Shown here: in pieces, positions 52,863 through 63,099 of the stretch
Numbering within the stretch: position 1 is the first letter of the stretch
How the letters are laid out: the number at the start of each line of letters is the position of its first letter
NCBI GenBank assembly: GCA_965261595.1
Contig: CBDHDG010000004.1
Location: 871,197 to 935,196, forward strand
Direction: 5' to 3'
Source: a bacterium
Lineage (GTDB): Bacteria > UBA8248 > JACPRG01 > G963555815
Length of the DNA: 64,000 nucleotides
Notes under the pieces: model-generated
The model's input: only the letters and a program-made list of their open reading frames with translations
Database searches by the model: none
What the model was told of the DNA's origin: nothing
Program-made: the position numbers and the translations under genes

Positions 52863-53255
52863 ATGAAACTCATGACCGAAAAGCAGCGCGAAAAACTGCT
52901 CGCCAACGGCGCCGACCGCGGGGCCGACCATGTCCCGGTGGTCAAGCTCTTCAACCCCTGCGGCGCCAGCACCTGGCTCCTGACCGAACTCGATCCCGAA
53001 GAACCATCCGTGGCTTTCGGACTCGCGGATCTCGGTTTCGGCTTTCCCGAGCTGGGCAGTTTCAGCCTGGAGGAACTGTCGGCCTTCCGGGGCCCGTTCG
53101 GCCTCGGGATCGAGCGTGACCTTCATTTCGAGGGCAGGTACGCGATTTCCACCTATGCCGAAGCCGCCCGGGCCGCCGGCCACATCGTCGAATACGGTCC
53201 CGAACTCGAGGCCGGCGCCCGGCGCCGAAGCGGGACCGCTGCAATCCGCGGCTGA
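52863..53255 (+). CDS. DUF2958-family protein
   Basis: LLANG...DHVPVVKLFNPCGASTWLLTELDP...FGLADLGFGFPELG...IERDLHF. Confidence 0.9.
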   Translation: MKLMTEKQREKLLANGADRGADHVPVVKLFNPCGASTWLLTELDPEEPSVAFGLADLGFGFPELGSFSLEELSAFRGPFGLGIERDLHFEGRYAISTYAEAARAAGHIVEYGPELEAGARRRSGTAAIRG

Positions 53256-53338
53256 CCAACCCGTTCAGCGCCCCGTCCCGTCCTTTCCCGGCCAGGGCGG
53301 GGCCGTTTCCCTTTCCTTCAACCTTGTGGAGGCGCTCC

Positions 53339-53677
53339 ATGCCCCATACCGCATCCCCAACTCCGGCCGCGCCCGCCGGCCCTCCGCCGGCCATGCACCC
53401 CATGGACCCCAGGCGCGGCGAGAACCTCTCGCCCGTGTTCACGGCCTTTCTCTGCTGGCTGCTCGGCCTGCCGGCCATGACCATTCCCGCGATCACCGGT
53501 ATCGCGGCCGCGGGGGACAGTGTTCTCGCCGCCACCAGCACCGATCCGTTCTTCAACGCGCATCTCGGCAGCCTTGACGATTTCGAACGCAACATCCGCC
53601 GCTGGGGCGATGTCTGCGGTGCCGACGCCGCCACGGTCGAAGGCCTCCTCGCCAGGGTCCGGAGGGCCGGCCAATGA
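53339..53677 (+). CDS. Hypothetical protein
   Basis: GGAGG RBS; overlaps the next gene by ATGA. Confidence 0.55.
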   Translation: MPHTASPTPAAPAGPPPAMHPMDPRRGENLSPVFTAFLCWLLGLPAMTIPAITGIAAAGDSVLAATSTDPFFNAHLGSLDDFERNIRRWGDVCGADAATVEGLLARVRRAGQ

Positions 53678-53967
53678 TCATGTCCAGTGAGTTGTCCGAC
53701 GATTTCAACCGCCACCAGGCGGCCCTCGACATCGTCGATCCCGGCGCCTGCAACCCGTCCGGGGTGGCGCTCGCCATCCACAACATTTGCCGCGATGTAA
53801 TCGCCGGGAATGGGAATCAACGGACCGATGAGGCCGTCCGGCTCGCGGTCACGCAACCTTCCTATCTCGTCTCGGCGAGCGCCGACATCGATCCCGCCGA
53901 ATACCGGTGCCTGATAGAGGCCTGCCGGTCCTGTTCGGCCGAACGCCGGAACGCCGCCAGAACCTGA
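53674..53967 (+). CDS. Hypothetical protein
   Basis: 97 aa (GACNPSGVA), translationally coupled to the upstream ORF. Confidence 0.55.
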   Translation: MIMSSELSDDFNRHQAALDIVDPGACNPSGVALAIHNICRDVIAGNGNQRTDEAVRLAVTQPSYLVSASADIDPAEYRCLIEACRSCSAERRNAART

Positions 53968-54093
53968 TCCTGCGCATTCCCTCTTCCCGCCGCAACGAGG
54001 CCGAGCTTGGCCCGGCCGGGTCGATCCGTGAGACGCGGGGGGCGTTCCCCCCCCGGCCCCCGACTTCCAAGACTTCCGAGGAGAAGACCCCCC

Positions 54094-57000
54094 ATGCCCC
54101 ACGCCCTGACGGCGGCGGAGGGCGGGCCTGTGAACGCTCGTCCGCACGCCTGCCGGTCCATCCCGTCCATGCCCGCGGCCGCCCTGTTCGCCGCGGCCCA
54201 GACCCTGTTGCCCGTGCTGGAAGCCGGCCGTCCCCTTGACGCGGCCGCCCTTCGTGGGGCCATGACCCAGGCCTTCGGAGCCACCGACGCCGAGGGGGCC
54301 TGGGTCTGGAAGGACGCCTACGAGGCTGCCGAAGCGGCCGTCGTGCTCTTCCTGAAGCGCTACGGCCGGGCCATGCGCCGCCGGGCCGGAGCCGGCGGCC
54401 CGCCCGCCATGCTGGCCCTGCTGCAAAAGATCGCGGCCCTGGAGCCCTCCCACACGAAGCGATCCGAGTCCCAGGTCCGCCTCCAGCAGTTCTCCACGCC
54501 CCTGGGCCTCGCCTATGCGGCCTTGCAGGCGGCCGCCATCCGGCCCGGCGACATCGTGCTCGAACCCAGCGCCGGGACCGGGATCCTCGCCGTCATGGCC
54601 GAGTGCGCCCTCGGGGCCGGCGGCGAAGGCGCGCTCCATCTGAACGAGATCGCCGGGACCCGGGCCGGCCTCCTGTCCCGGCTCTTCCCAAAGGCCTCGG
54701 TGACCGGGTTCAACGCCGAGGCCATCGCCGACCGTCTCCCGGACGTCCGGCCGACCGTGGTGCTCATGAACCCGCCGTTCTCCGCGAGTCCAGGGGTGCA
54801 TCGCATCCGCCATGACGCTGACCTGCGCCACCTGCGCTCGGCCTTCGCCATGCTGGGGCTTGGGGGCCGGCTCGTGGCCGTCACCTCGGCGGGCTGCATG
54901 CCCGGGGACAGGGTCTGGAAGGACGCCTTCGAGCGCCTCGATCCCCCGGCCCGCGTCGTCTTCTCCATGGCCATTGACGGCCGGGCCTATGCCAGACGCG
55001 GGACCACCTTCGACACCCGCCTGACCGTGATCGACCGGAGCGGGGACCGCGAGCATGCCGCGATCGATCCTGCGGCCCGGGCGGACAGCTCCGCCGAGCT
55101 CCTCGCCGCGGTCATAGCGCGGGTTCCGGCGCGCCTCGCCACTGGCGCTGTCGAGATCCCGGACACAGCCGCTCCGATCCGGGACCTCTTCGGCGACACG
55201 GCCCCGGTCAAGTCAAAAGAGCGCAAGACCACGGCCAGGCCCGCCCACCGGCCGGCCGAAGACAAGGACCGCCGTCACGACTGGGGGCCTGTGTCGGAGC
55301 TCGCGTATGCGACGGCCCCGGTCTCCGGCGATGCCCCCGCCGGCTCCGAGACCGCTACCGGCCCCTATGCGCCCTGGAAGCCGGGCATTGTCCATGTCCC
55401 GGGCGCCGTCGTCCATCCCACGCCCCTGGTCCAGTCCGCGGCCATGGCCGCCGTACCGCATCCCGGCCCGTCCTACCGTCCGGTGCTTCCGGAGCGCGTG
55501 GTCACCGGCGGGCTCCTGTCCGACGCCCAGATCGAGAGCGTCGTCCTGGCCGGCGAGGCCCACAACCGCCATCTTTCGGCCCGCTACCGGATCGGCTCGG
55601 GCTGGGAGACGGTCCACCGCTGCAACGACGATGATGCCGGGGTCCGTACCGCCGGCGAGACCGAGGACGGCGAGGCGCTCTCCGAGACGGTGCGCTTCCG
55701 TCGCGGCTGGATGCTGGGCGACGGCACGGGATGCGGCAAGGGCAGGCAGGTCGCCGGGATCCTCCTCGACAACCGGCTCCGCGGAAGGAAACGGGCCTTG
55801 TGGCTCTCGCAGTCCGACAAGCTCGTGGAGGACGCCCGCCGGGACTGGGCCGCCCTCGGGGGGAACGAGGACGACGTGATCCCCTTGGGCAAGTTCCGCC
55901 AGGGAGCGGAGATCCCGCTCCCGGAGGGCGTCCTGTTCGCGACCTACGCCACGCTGCGCTCGCCGGCCCGCCAGGGTAAGGCCTCGAGGCTCGAGCAGAT
56001 CGTCTCCTGGCTCGCGGGGGGAACGGAAGAAGACCAGCGTCACGCCTTCGACGGCGTGATCGTGTTCGACGAGGCCCACGCCATGGCCAACGCGGCCGGC
56101 TCCAAGGGAGCGCGCGGGGAGGTCAAGCCCTCGGCCCAGGGACGGGCCGGACTCAGGCTTCAGAACGCGCTGCCCGACGCCCGTGTTCTCTACGTCTCGG
56201 CCACCGGGGCCAGCACCGTGCCCGGCCTCTCCTACGCCGGACGCCTCGGCCTCTGGGGAGCGGGGGAGACGCCCTTCGAGACCCGGGGGGATTTCGTGTC
56301 GGCCATGGAGGCTGGAGGCGTCGCCGCCATGGAGGTGGTCGCCAGGGACTTGAAAGCCCTCGGGCTCTACCAGGCCAGGGCCCTGGCCTATGACGGGGTG
56401 GAGATCGACATCCTGCAGCACCCGCTGGCGCCTGAGCAGCGGCGCATCTACGACGCCTATGCAGGCGCCTTCAAGGTGATCCACGCCAACCTCCAGGACG
56501 CGCTCGAGGCCACCGGCGTCATGCAGGGAGACTCGACGCTGAACAGGAACGCCAAGTCCGCGGCCCTGAGCGCCTTCGAGGGGGCGAAACAACGCTTTTT
56601 CGGCCACCTGCTGACCGGCATGAAGTGCCCGTCCCTGATCCGCGCCGTCGAGGCCGATCTCGATGCCGGCCGGTCGGCCGTGATCCAGCTTGTCTCCACG
56701 GGCGAGGCCCTGATGGAGCGCCGCATCGCCGAGATCCCCGCGTCCGAATGGGATGACCTCTCCATCGACCTCACGCCCAGGGAATACGTTCTCGATTTCC
56801 TGGCCCACGCCTTCCCGGTGCAGCTCCAGGAGCCCTTCACCGACGAGGAAGGCAACCTCATGAGCCGGCCCGTGTTCGACACCGACGGCAACCCCGTGCT
56901 CTGCCAGGAGGCCCTGGCCAAACGCGAGGCCCTGATCGGGAAACTGGCCTCCCTTCCGCCCGTGCAGTCGGCCCTGGACCGGATCCTCCACCACTTCGGC

Positions 57001-58584
57001 CACGAGGCCGTGGCCGAGGTCACGGGCCGGTCCCGCCGGGTGCTCAGGATCGCGGACGGCCGGGGCGAGCGCCTGGCGCTGCGCAGCCGGCCCGCCTCCG
57101 CAAGCCTGACCGAGACCGCCGCCTTCATGGACGGGGAGAAGAAGATACTGGTTTTCTCCATGGCCGGCGGCACGGGGCGCAGCTACCACGCGGATCTTGC
57201 ATGCGGCAACACCGCGCGCCGGGTCCACTACCTGCTCGAGCCGGGCTGGCGGGCCGATCAGGCCATACAGGGGCTGGGCCGCACCCACAGGACCCACCAG
57301 GCGTCGGCCCCCGTGTTCCGGCCCGTGACCACGGACGTGAAGGGCGAGAGGCGGTTCATCGCCACCATCGCGAGAAGGCTCGACTCCCTCGGGGCCATCA
57401 CCCGGGGCCAGCGGGACTCCCAGACCGCCATGGCCGGCGATGACGCGGCGCTGTTCCGCGAGAGCGACAACCTGGAGAGCCCCTACGCCAAGGCGGCGTT
57501 GAGAAGGTTCTACATTGCGCTGTGGCGCGGCCGCATCCCGGGCTGGTCCCTCGGCCGCTTCGAGGAGGCCACCGGCCTCGCCCTCACCTGGGAGGGAGCG
57601 CTCAAGGACGACCTGCCGCCCATGCCCAGGTTCCTGAACCGCCTGCTGGCGCTGCCCATCGACGAGCAGAACGCGCTCTTCGCCGAACTGGAGTCCCTCA
57701 TCGCGGAGAACGTCGAGCAGGCGATCGAGGCCGGCGCCCATGACATCGGCGTGGAGACCCTGCAGGCCGACTCGCTCGCGGTGGCCGGCCGCGAGACCCT
57801 CTACACCCACCCCGGGACCGGGGCCGCGACCGATCTCGTCGAGATCCTCCTCCGCGACCGGCTGGAGCCGACCCCGGCGGACGCGGCGCTCGAGATCGGG
57901 ACCCAGGGCGGGGACAGCCGGCCTGAACTCGTCGTCAACAGCCGCTCGGGACGGGGGGCCGTTGTCCTGCCCGCGCCGTCCAGGATGCTCGACGACGGCG
58001 GGGTGCAGGAGCGGGTGCGCCTCCTGCGGCCCACGGCCCGGGAAGCCATGGCCAGGGCCGAGCTCGAGGCCTCGAACTGGCGCAGGGCCTCGGAGGGGGA
58101 GTGGCGTTCCCGCTGGGAGGAGGAGATCGCCGGCCTGCCGACGCATACCGAGTCCCGCTTCTGGCTCGTCACCGGGCTGCTCCTGCCGATCTGGGACCGG
58201 CTCGGAATGGAGAACATGCGCGTGCGCCGGCTGTTGACCGACGCCGGCGAGGCGATGATCGGCCGCGCGCTCGACGCCGAACAGGTACGGGCCGCGCGCA
58301 CCTCTTTCGGCCTTGCCGGCGGTCCCGGCATGACCCCCCTTGAGACCTTCGAGGCGGTCATGGGGCGAGGCGCGTCCTTCGGCCTCGCGAACGGCTGGCG
58401 CCTCGCGCGCCGGCGCATCATGGGGGCCGACCGCGTCGAGATCGAGGGTCCCGTTGACGGCGACATCGCCGCGCTCAAGCGCATGGGGTGCATCGTCGAG
58501 ATCGTCTCCTGGCGCTCACGCCTCTTCGTCCCCGACGCTGGCGTGCTCGAACGCGTCATCGAGCGCTGGCCCCTCGCGGCCTGA
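54094..58584 (+). CDS. Strawberry-notch-like (SF2) NTPase fused to an N-terminal adenine methyltransferase (methylase/helicase)
   Basis: QQFSTP, VLEPSAGTG and MNPPF (MTase). LSDAQ, LGDGTGCGKGRQ, FDEAH, YVSATGA, AGGTGRSYHA and QGLGRTHR (strawberry-notch helicase). GAGGAG RBS. Confidence 0.92.
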   Translation: MPHALTAAEGGPVNARPHACRSIPSMPAAALFAAAQTLLPVLEAGRPLDAAALRGAMTQAFGATDAEGAWVWKDAYEAAEAAVVLFLKRYGRAMRRRAGAGGPPAMLALLQKIAALEPSHTKRSESQVRLQQFSTPLGLAYAALQAAAIRPGDIVLEPSAGTGILAVMAECALGAGGEGALHLNEIAGTRAGLLSRLFPKASVTGFNAEAIADRLPDVRPTVVLMNPPFSASPGVHRIRHDADLRHLRSAFAMLGLGGRLVAVTSAGCMPGDRVWKDAFERLDPPARVVFSMAIDGRAYARRGTTFDTRLTVIDRSGDREHAAIDPAARADSSAELLAAVIARVPARLATGAVEIPDTAAPIRDLFGDTAPVKSKERKTTARPAHRPAEDKDRRHDWGPVSELAYATAPVSGDAPAGSETATGPYAPWKPGIVHVPGAVVHPTPLVQSAAMAAVPHPGPSYRPVLPERVVTGGLLSDAQIESVVLAGEAHNRHLSARYRIGSGWETVHRCNDDDAGVRTAGETEDGEALSETVRFRRGWMLGDGTGCGKGRQVAGILLDNRLRGRKRALWLSQSDKLVEDARRDWAALGGNEDDVIPLGKFRQGAEIPLPEGVLFATYATLRSPARQGKASRLEQIVSWLAGGTEEDQRHAFDGVIVFDEAHAMANAAGSKGARGEVKPSAQGRAGLRLQNALPDARVLYVSATGASTVPGLSYAGRLGLWGAGETPFETRGDFVSAMEAGGVAAMEVVARDLKALGLYQARALAYDGVEIDILQHPLAPEQRRIYDAYAGAFKVIHANLQDALEATGVMQGDSTLNRNAKSAALSAFEGAKQRFFGHLLTGMKCPSLIRAVEADLDAGRSAVIQLVSTGEALMERRIAEIPASEWDDLSIDLTPREYVLDFLAHAFPVQLQEPFTDEEGNLMSRPVFDTDGNPVLCQEALAKREALIGKLASLPPVQSALDRILHHFGHEAVAEVTGRSRRVLRIADGRGERLALRSRPASASLTETAAFMDGEKKILVFSMAGGTGRSYHADLACGNTARRVHYLLEPGWRADQAIQGLGRTHRTHQASAPVFRPVTTDVKGERRFIATIARRLDSLGAITRGQRDSQTAMAGDDAALFRESDNLESPYAKAALRRFYIALWRGRIPGWSLGRFEEATGLALTWEGALKDDLPPMPRFLNRLLALPIDEQNALFAELESLIAENVEQAIEAGAHDIGVETLQADSLAVAGRETLYTHPGTGAATDLVEILLRDRLEPTPADAALEIGTQGGDSRPELVVNSRSGRGAVVLPAPSRMLDDGGVQERVRLLRPTAREAMARAELEASNWRRASEGEWRSRWEEEIAGLPTHTESRFWLVTGLLLPIWDRLGMENMRVRRLLTDAGEAMIGRALDAEQVRAARTSFGLAGGPGMTPLETFEAVMGRGASFGLANGWRLARRRIMGADRVEIEGPVDGDIAALKRMGCIVEIVSWRSRLFVPDAGVLERVIERWPLAA

Positions 58585-58764
58585 GCCTGTCCGTACAGCC
58601 GGCCCGCCGTCCGCCCGCGGGGGGGGCCGTTCCACCGCCTTCATCCGTATCGCCGTCCGCCCGGATACGTATCGGCCCGGAGCCGTCTGGAACCCGTATG
58701 GCCGGGGGGGGGCCATCACCCACGCCCCCCGGCGCACCGCCGACACCTCACGGGAGACCCGAAC

Positions 58765-59034
58765 ATGACCGCGCACACCCTGCCGGACAACCCCGACTAC
58801 GCCTTCTGTCCCGCCTACGGCCTCGCCGACGAGCCGCAGCAGATCCGAATCGTCATCGACGGCATGGCGGGCTACGTTCCCACCGCCCTGGTCGCGCTCA
58901 CCCTCGAGGACGCGGAGCGCATCTGCGACCGATTGAACGCTCGCCTCGGACTCTCGCGAAAGGACTGGACCGAACTCGCCGCACGGTCCATGCGCGCCGA
59001 GAACGGTGCACCGGACAACGAGACCGTGCACTGA
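58765..59034 (+). CDS. Hypothetical protein
   Basis: GGGAG RBS; 89 aa; last gene of the co-oriented backbone run. Confidence 0.6.
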   Translation: MTAHTLPDNPDYAFCPAYGLADEPQQIRIVIDGMAGYVPTALVALTLEDAERICDRLNARLGLSRKDWTELAARSMRAENGAPDNETVH

Positions 59035-59084
59035 GCCGACCGCCATGCGGCGCCCCGAGCGGGTAAAGCAGGGCGCCCGGCCAC

Positions 59085-59255
59085 GCTCAGGGGCTCTCGC
59101 TTCGAGGTATGATGCACGTTTGTCCGGTAGCCGTGGCACCAGACCTTTGCGGTCTGCGGATCGGGGCTGGCCGGACGGTGCTCGAAGAAGATGACGTTTG
59201 CCTCGACGCCTGGGGCATGGAAGATGCCCGTTGGCGGCTGCGGGATCGTGTGCAT
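59085..59255 (-). pseudogene. Fragment of a type I R-M methyltransferase (HsdM)
   Basis: HTIPQPPTGIFHAPGVEANVIFF...KVWCHGYRTNVHHT matches the HsdM 'HTILRLPTGIF..GVK.NV.FF...W.YD.RTN' segment. Confidence 0.7.
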
Positions 59256-59644
59256 GCCGGTGGTTGTTCATGGACGCTCCGCCGATCCGGTGAACGCACA
59301 CCGATGCGAGTCCTTCCCGGCGCATCGTGACGCCGAGGGAAGGGAGCGTCCATTCCATCGCCACGGCGCTTCCGAAAATTGCTGCGAATGGTGCATAAGC
59401 GTCCTTCGGGTTCCGGCCAGCGTCGACCGCGGCGGGCTCCCGGCGTTCGCACGGCCGTTCGGAACGGGCCCGAACCGCGGCGGTTGCGGACGGGCCGGCA
59501 TCGAGACCGCCGGCCGGGCTTCGCTTGCCGGACCCGGGGTGACGCCGTGTCCGGGGGTCTGCGGAATTCCGCCGGGCGCCTTCGCGCATCCGGGGAGTTC
59601 GATCGGGGGCGCCGCAACGCATGGATCTCGAGGAAGGTTGGGCA

Positions 59645-61441
59645 ATGATGAAGACGAGACACCTGATGATCATGTTGGTCGTCGCGATGACATCGACAGC
59701 CGCTCACTCGGAACCGCCCGAAGCCGCGACGGCGGCGCGGACCGCCGCACCGGTGACGGTGTACGTGAACGCCCGGGTCCATACCGGGGACGAGGATCTG
59801 CCCCGGGCCCGGGCGTTCGTCACGAGGGGCGACCGGTTCGCCTTTGTCGGCTCTGTCGGGGACGCCCTGCGCTACGCCGCCGGGGAGGGCGGTGTCGTGG
59901 ACTTGCAGGGACGGTTCGTGATGCCGGGCATCATCGACGCGCACACCCACCCCGGCCTGGTCGCCCTCTCGGGCGACCTGTCGGTGCTGGAGGCGGCCCC
60001 CGGAGAGAACGAACGGCCCGTCGGGACCGACAGGATGCCGTCCAGGCCGAAGGAGGCGACGCTGGCCTGGCTGCGGCGGTACGCCGACGATCACCCGTCG
60101 GCCCTCACCATCGTGCAGGGGACATGGGATGTGGCCGCGTACCTGCCGCACGGGCCGCACAAGCGGGACCTGGACCGGATTTCGCGCACGAAACCTATCA
60201 TGCTGCACGACAAATCCGGGCACAGCTACTGGGTCAATTCGGCGCTGCTCCGGGCGTTGGGCATCGACAGGAACACGCCGGATGTGAGCGCGAACCTGTC
60301 GCATTTCGTGCGTGACGCGAACGGAGAGCCCACCGGCTGGGTCAAGGAGTTCGCACTGATACCGTACGCGGGCGCAATCGTGCCGGACGCCGGTGCGCTG
60401 AAGTCGCGGCTGCTCAAGTACCTGAACTACAAGTCGAGCATGGGCATCACCACATTGTGGGATGCCGGCAACTTCAACATGGACGACGCGGTATACCGGG
60501 CGGCGCACGAAATCGCGAAGGACGGCGACCTGCCGCTGCGCTGGGAAGGCTCGTACCACATATGGGCGCCGGAGCAGATCGACACCGCGGCGCACTCCCT
60601 GCTCCGGCTGAGGGAAGAGTACGGCCACGGCAAGCTCCGGTTCAACACCGTCAAGATCCATTACGACGGGATGCAGGACATTCTTACCGCCGCCATGCTG
60701 GAACCCTATGCCACGGACCCCGGCAACCACGGCGCCGTGCTGTTCCCGACGCGGCGGCTGAGCGGCCTGATGCGGGAGCTGGACGGCCACGGCATCGATC
60801 TACACCTGCATGCGGCGGGCGACCGGGCGGTGAGGAACATTCTCGATGCGGTCGAGCAGGCCCGGGCCGCGCTGGGGCGTCCCTTGAGGATCGAGATCAC
60901 GGCGAGCCATCTGTTCTCGGTCGCCGTGACCGATATCGAACGCTTTCGCGCGCTGGACGTGCACGCCAACTTCACGCCGCACTGGTTCGGTGGGACGGTC
61001 TTCGGGGACGCCAGGGAAATGAACGTCGGAGCGGAGCGGGCCGGACGCTCCCAGGTGGTCGGGCGTTTCTTCGAGCGCCGGGCCAATGTGACGCTGTCGA
61101 GCGACGTCATCCACGACGCGCGCCGGGTGAGTCCCTTCATCGGCATCGAGACGAGCATGACCCGGCGGGCGATGGGCGATGCCGCCGCCGCCCCCATGCC
61201 GCCGGCCGATGCCGCAATCTCCCTGGAGCAGGCGCTGGCCGGCTATACCGTCAACGGCGCCGCGCAGCTCGGACTGGAAGAGGAGCTCGGCGCGATACGG
61301 GCGGGCTTTCTCGCAGACTTCATCGTCCTGCCGCGGGACCCGTTCGAGACCGATGTGCGGAGCATCCACGGGATCGTCCCCGCGGCGACGATCGTGGCGG
61401 GGGAGCTGCGAAGCGGCGCCCTGGCGCGGGCGGTGCACTAG
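59645..61441 (+). CDS. Secreted metal-dependent amidohydrolase (amidohydrolase 3 / YtcJ-like)
   Basis: Signal peptide, VDLQGRFVMPGIIDAHTH, GHSYWVNS, VKIHYDG, HLHAAGDRA, LSSD and YTVNGA...GFLADF. Confidence 0.9.
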   Translation: MMKTRHLMIMLVVAMTSTAAHSEPPEAATAARTAAPVTVYVNARVHTGDEDLPRARAFVTRGDRFAFVGSVGDALRYAAGEGGVVDLQGRFVMPGIIDAHTHPGLVALSGDLSVLEAAPGENERPVGTDRMPSRPKEATLAWLRRYADDHPSALTIVQGTWDVAAYLPHGPHKRDLDRISRTKPIMLHDKSGHSYWVNSALLRALGIDRNTPDVSANLSHFVRDANGEPTGWVKEFALIPYAGAIVPDAGALKSRLLKYLNYKSSMGITTLWDAGNFNMDDAVYRAAHEIAKDGDLPLRWEGSYHIWAPEQIDTAAHSLLRLREEYGHGKLRFNTVKIHYDGMQDILTAAMLEPYATDPGNHGAVLFPTRRLSGLMRELDGHGIDLHLHAAGDRAVRNILDAVEQARAALGRPLRIEITASHLFSVAVTDIERFRALDVHANFTPHWFGGTVFGDAREMNVGAERAGRSQVVGRFFERRANVTLSSDVIHDARRVSPFIGIETSMTRRAMGDAAAAPMPPADAAISLEQALAGYTVNGAAQLGLEEELGAIRAGFLADFIVLPRDPFETDVRSIHGIVPAATIVAGELRSGALARAVH

Positions 61442-61773
61442 GAGACCGGGCGTTCCCCGGGCGCTTACGTTTCGAGCGGCCGATCGCAGCGGCAGGATAA
61501 GCGCAGACACCGGATGGAGATCTGACACGATCTCATCTCGGCCCCGGACGGACAGGTGCCCGACGGAAGAGGTGGCAGCGCAAATTCGAAGTTGAATTAG
61601 GCACCGACATACCGGAGCCTAACAAACATTGGATGCAGAAGAAGATGTTGGAATCAAGAAAGCCAGACAAATACTGGGTGGAGGGTTTGTTGGTGTATTT
61701 TGACCGACCCTTTCCTCACCAAGATTCGGATCCTCGCAGAGCCGGGTTTGAAGTTGGTCAACGGATTGAAGAT

Positions 61774-63099
61774 TGAGGTGGTCCCACTTTCTGGACAGTT
61801 AGGCGGCCGAGTTAAGGTGTATTCCGTATGATGGGTCATGCCGCCAGCGTCCTGTTTGACACGTTTTCCTGTTCCGGTTGAGCCGGCAGAGGGGGCTTGG
61901 CCTGCATCTCCAGCAGCATCCCTCTTTCGTAGGCCTCGGCCGGGGTGGAGTCCGCCAGGGCGGAGTGAGGCCTTTGGGTATCATAAAAGGCCATCCATCG
62001 GGAGATGACCCGTTGGGCTTGGAAGCCGTCGGTGAGCTCGTGCAGGTAGACGGCCTCGTATTTGAGCGAACGCCAGAGGCGCTCGATGAAGATGTTGTCC
62101 ATGTATCGGCCCCTGCCGTCCATGGAGATGGCGACGCCGGCGTCTTGGAGGGTCGCGGTGAACGCGAGGCTGGTGAACTGGCTGCCTTGGTCGGTGTTGA
62201 AGAGCTGAGGCCGGCCGTAGCGCTCCAGGGCTTCAGTCAGGGCTTCGACGCAGAAGCGGGCATCGAGGGTGTTGGACAGCCGCCAGGCGAGCACCCGGCG
62301 GGTGGCCCAGTCCATGACGGCTACCAGGTACAAGAAGCCGCGCTGGACGGGGATGTAGGTGATATCAGCCGTCCAGACCTGATTAGGCCGCTCGATGGCG
62401 AGTCCCTTGAGAAGATAGGGATAAACCCGGTGTTCCGGATGCGCTCTGGTGGTTCTCGGCACCTGATAGATGGCCTGTAGCCCCATCACCCGCATCAGAC
62501 GCCGAACCCGGTGACGACCGACACGGACTCCATCCCGCCACAGATGACGCACCATCTGGCGGCTGCCGTAGAACGGGTATTTCAAGAACAACTCATCGAT
62601 CCGCCGCATCAACGCCAGGTTCTGCGCACTCTCGCCCTGAGGCGTGTGATATAGCGAGGATCGGCTGATGGAGAGCAAGCGGCATTGACGGCTCAAGCTG
62701 AGCTTGGCTTGGGATGGTCGCGCCGGATCATGGCCCTGCGTCCCTCCCGGCTCACCACTTGAGCCCTTTGGGCAAAAAATCCCGCTCCACCGTCAACTCC
62801 CCGATCTTCGCGTGCAGGTCCCGGATCTCCGCCTCGTGGTCCCCTCGACTCCGCTCTGCTCCCTTGGAGAATACCTCCTTCATCCCCTCCACCGCCCGCT
62901 GCTTCCAGACGCTTACCTGGTTCGGATGAACCTTGTGCCGCGTCGCGATCTCATGGACGTCTTGTCCCCGCGCAGTGCTTCCAGCGCTACCTTCGCCTTG
63001 AACTCCCCCGTGAACCGCCGTCGTGTGGTCATTGCGTATCCCTCCCTCAGTCGGTGGAATACACCTTAGCAACCTGTCCGATTTCCTGGGACCACCTCA
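61774..63099 (-). mobile_element. IS3-family element (orfA 62752-63032, frameshifted; orfB 61836-~62755)
   Basis: Inverted repeats TGAGGTGGTCCCACTTTCTGGACAG and CTGTCCGATTTCCTGGGACCACCTCA. OrfB WTADITYI, NTDQGSQF and DNIFIERLWRSLKYE. No TSD; it truncates an IS1380. Confidence 0.92.
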
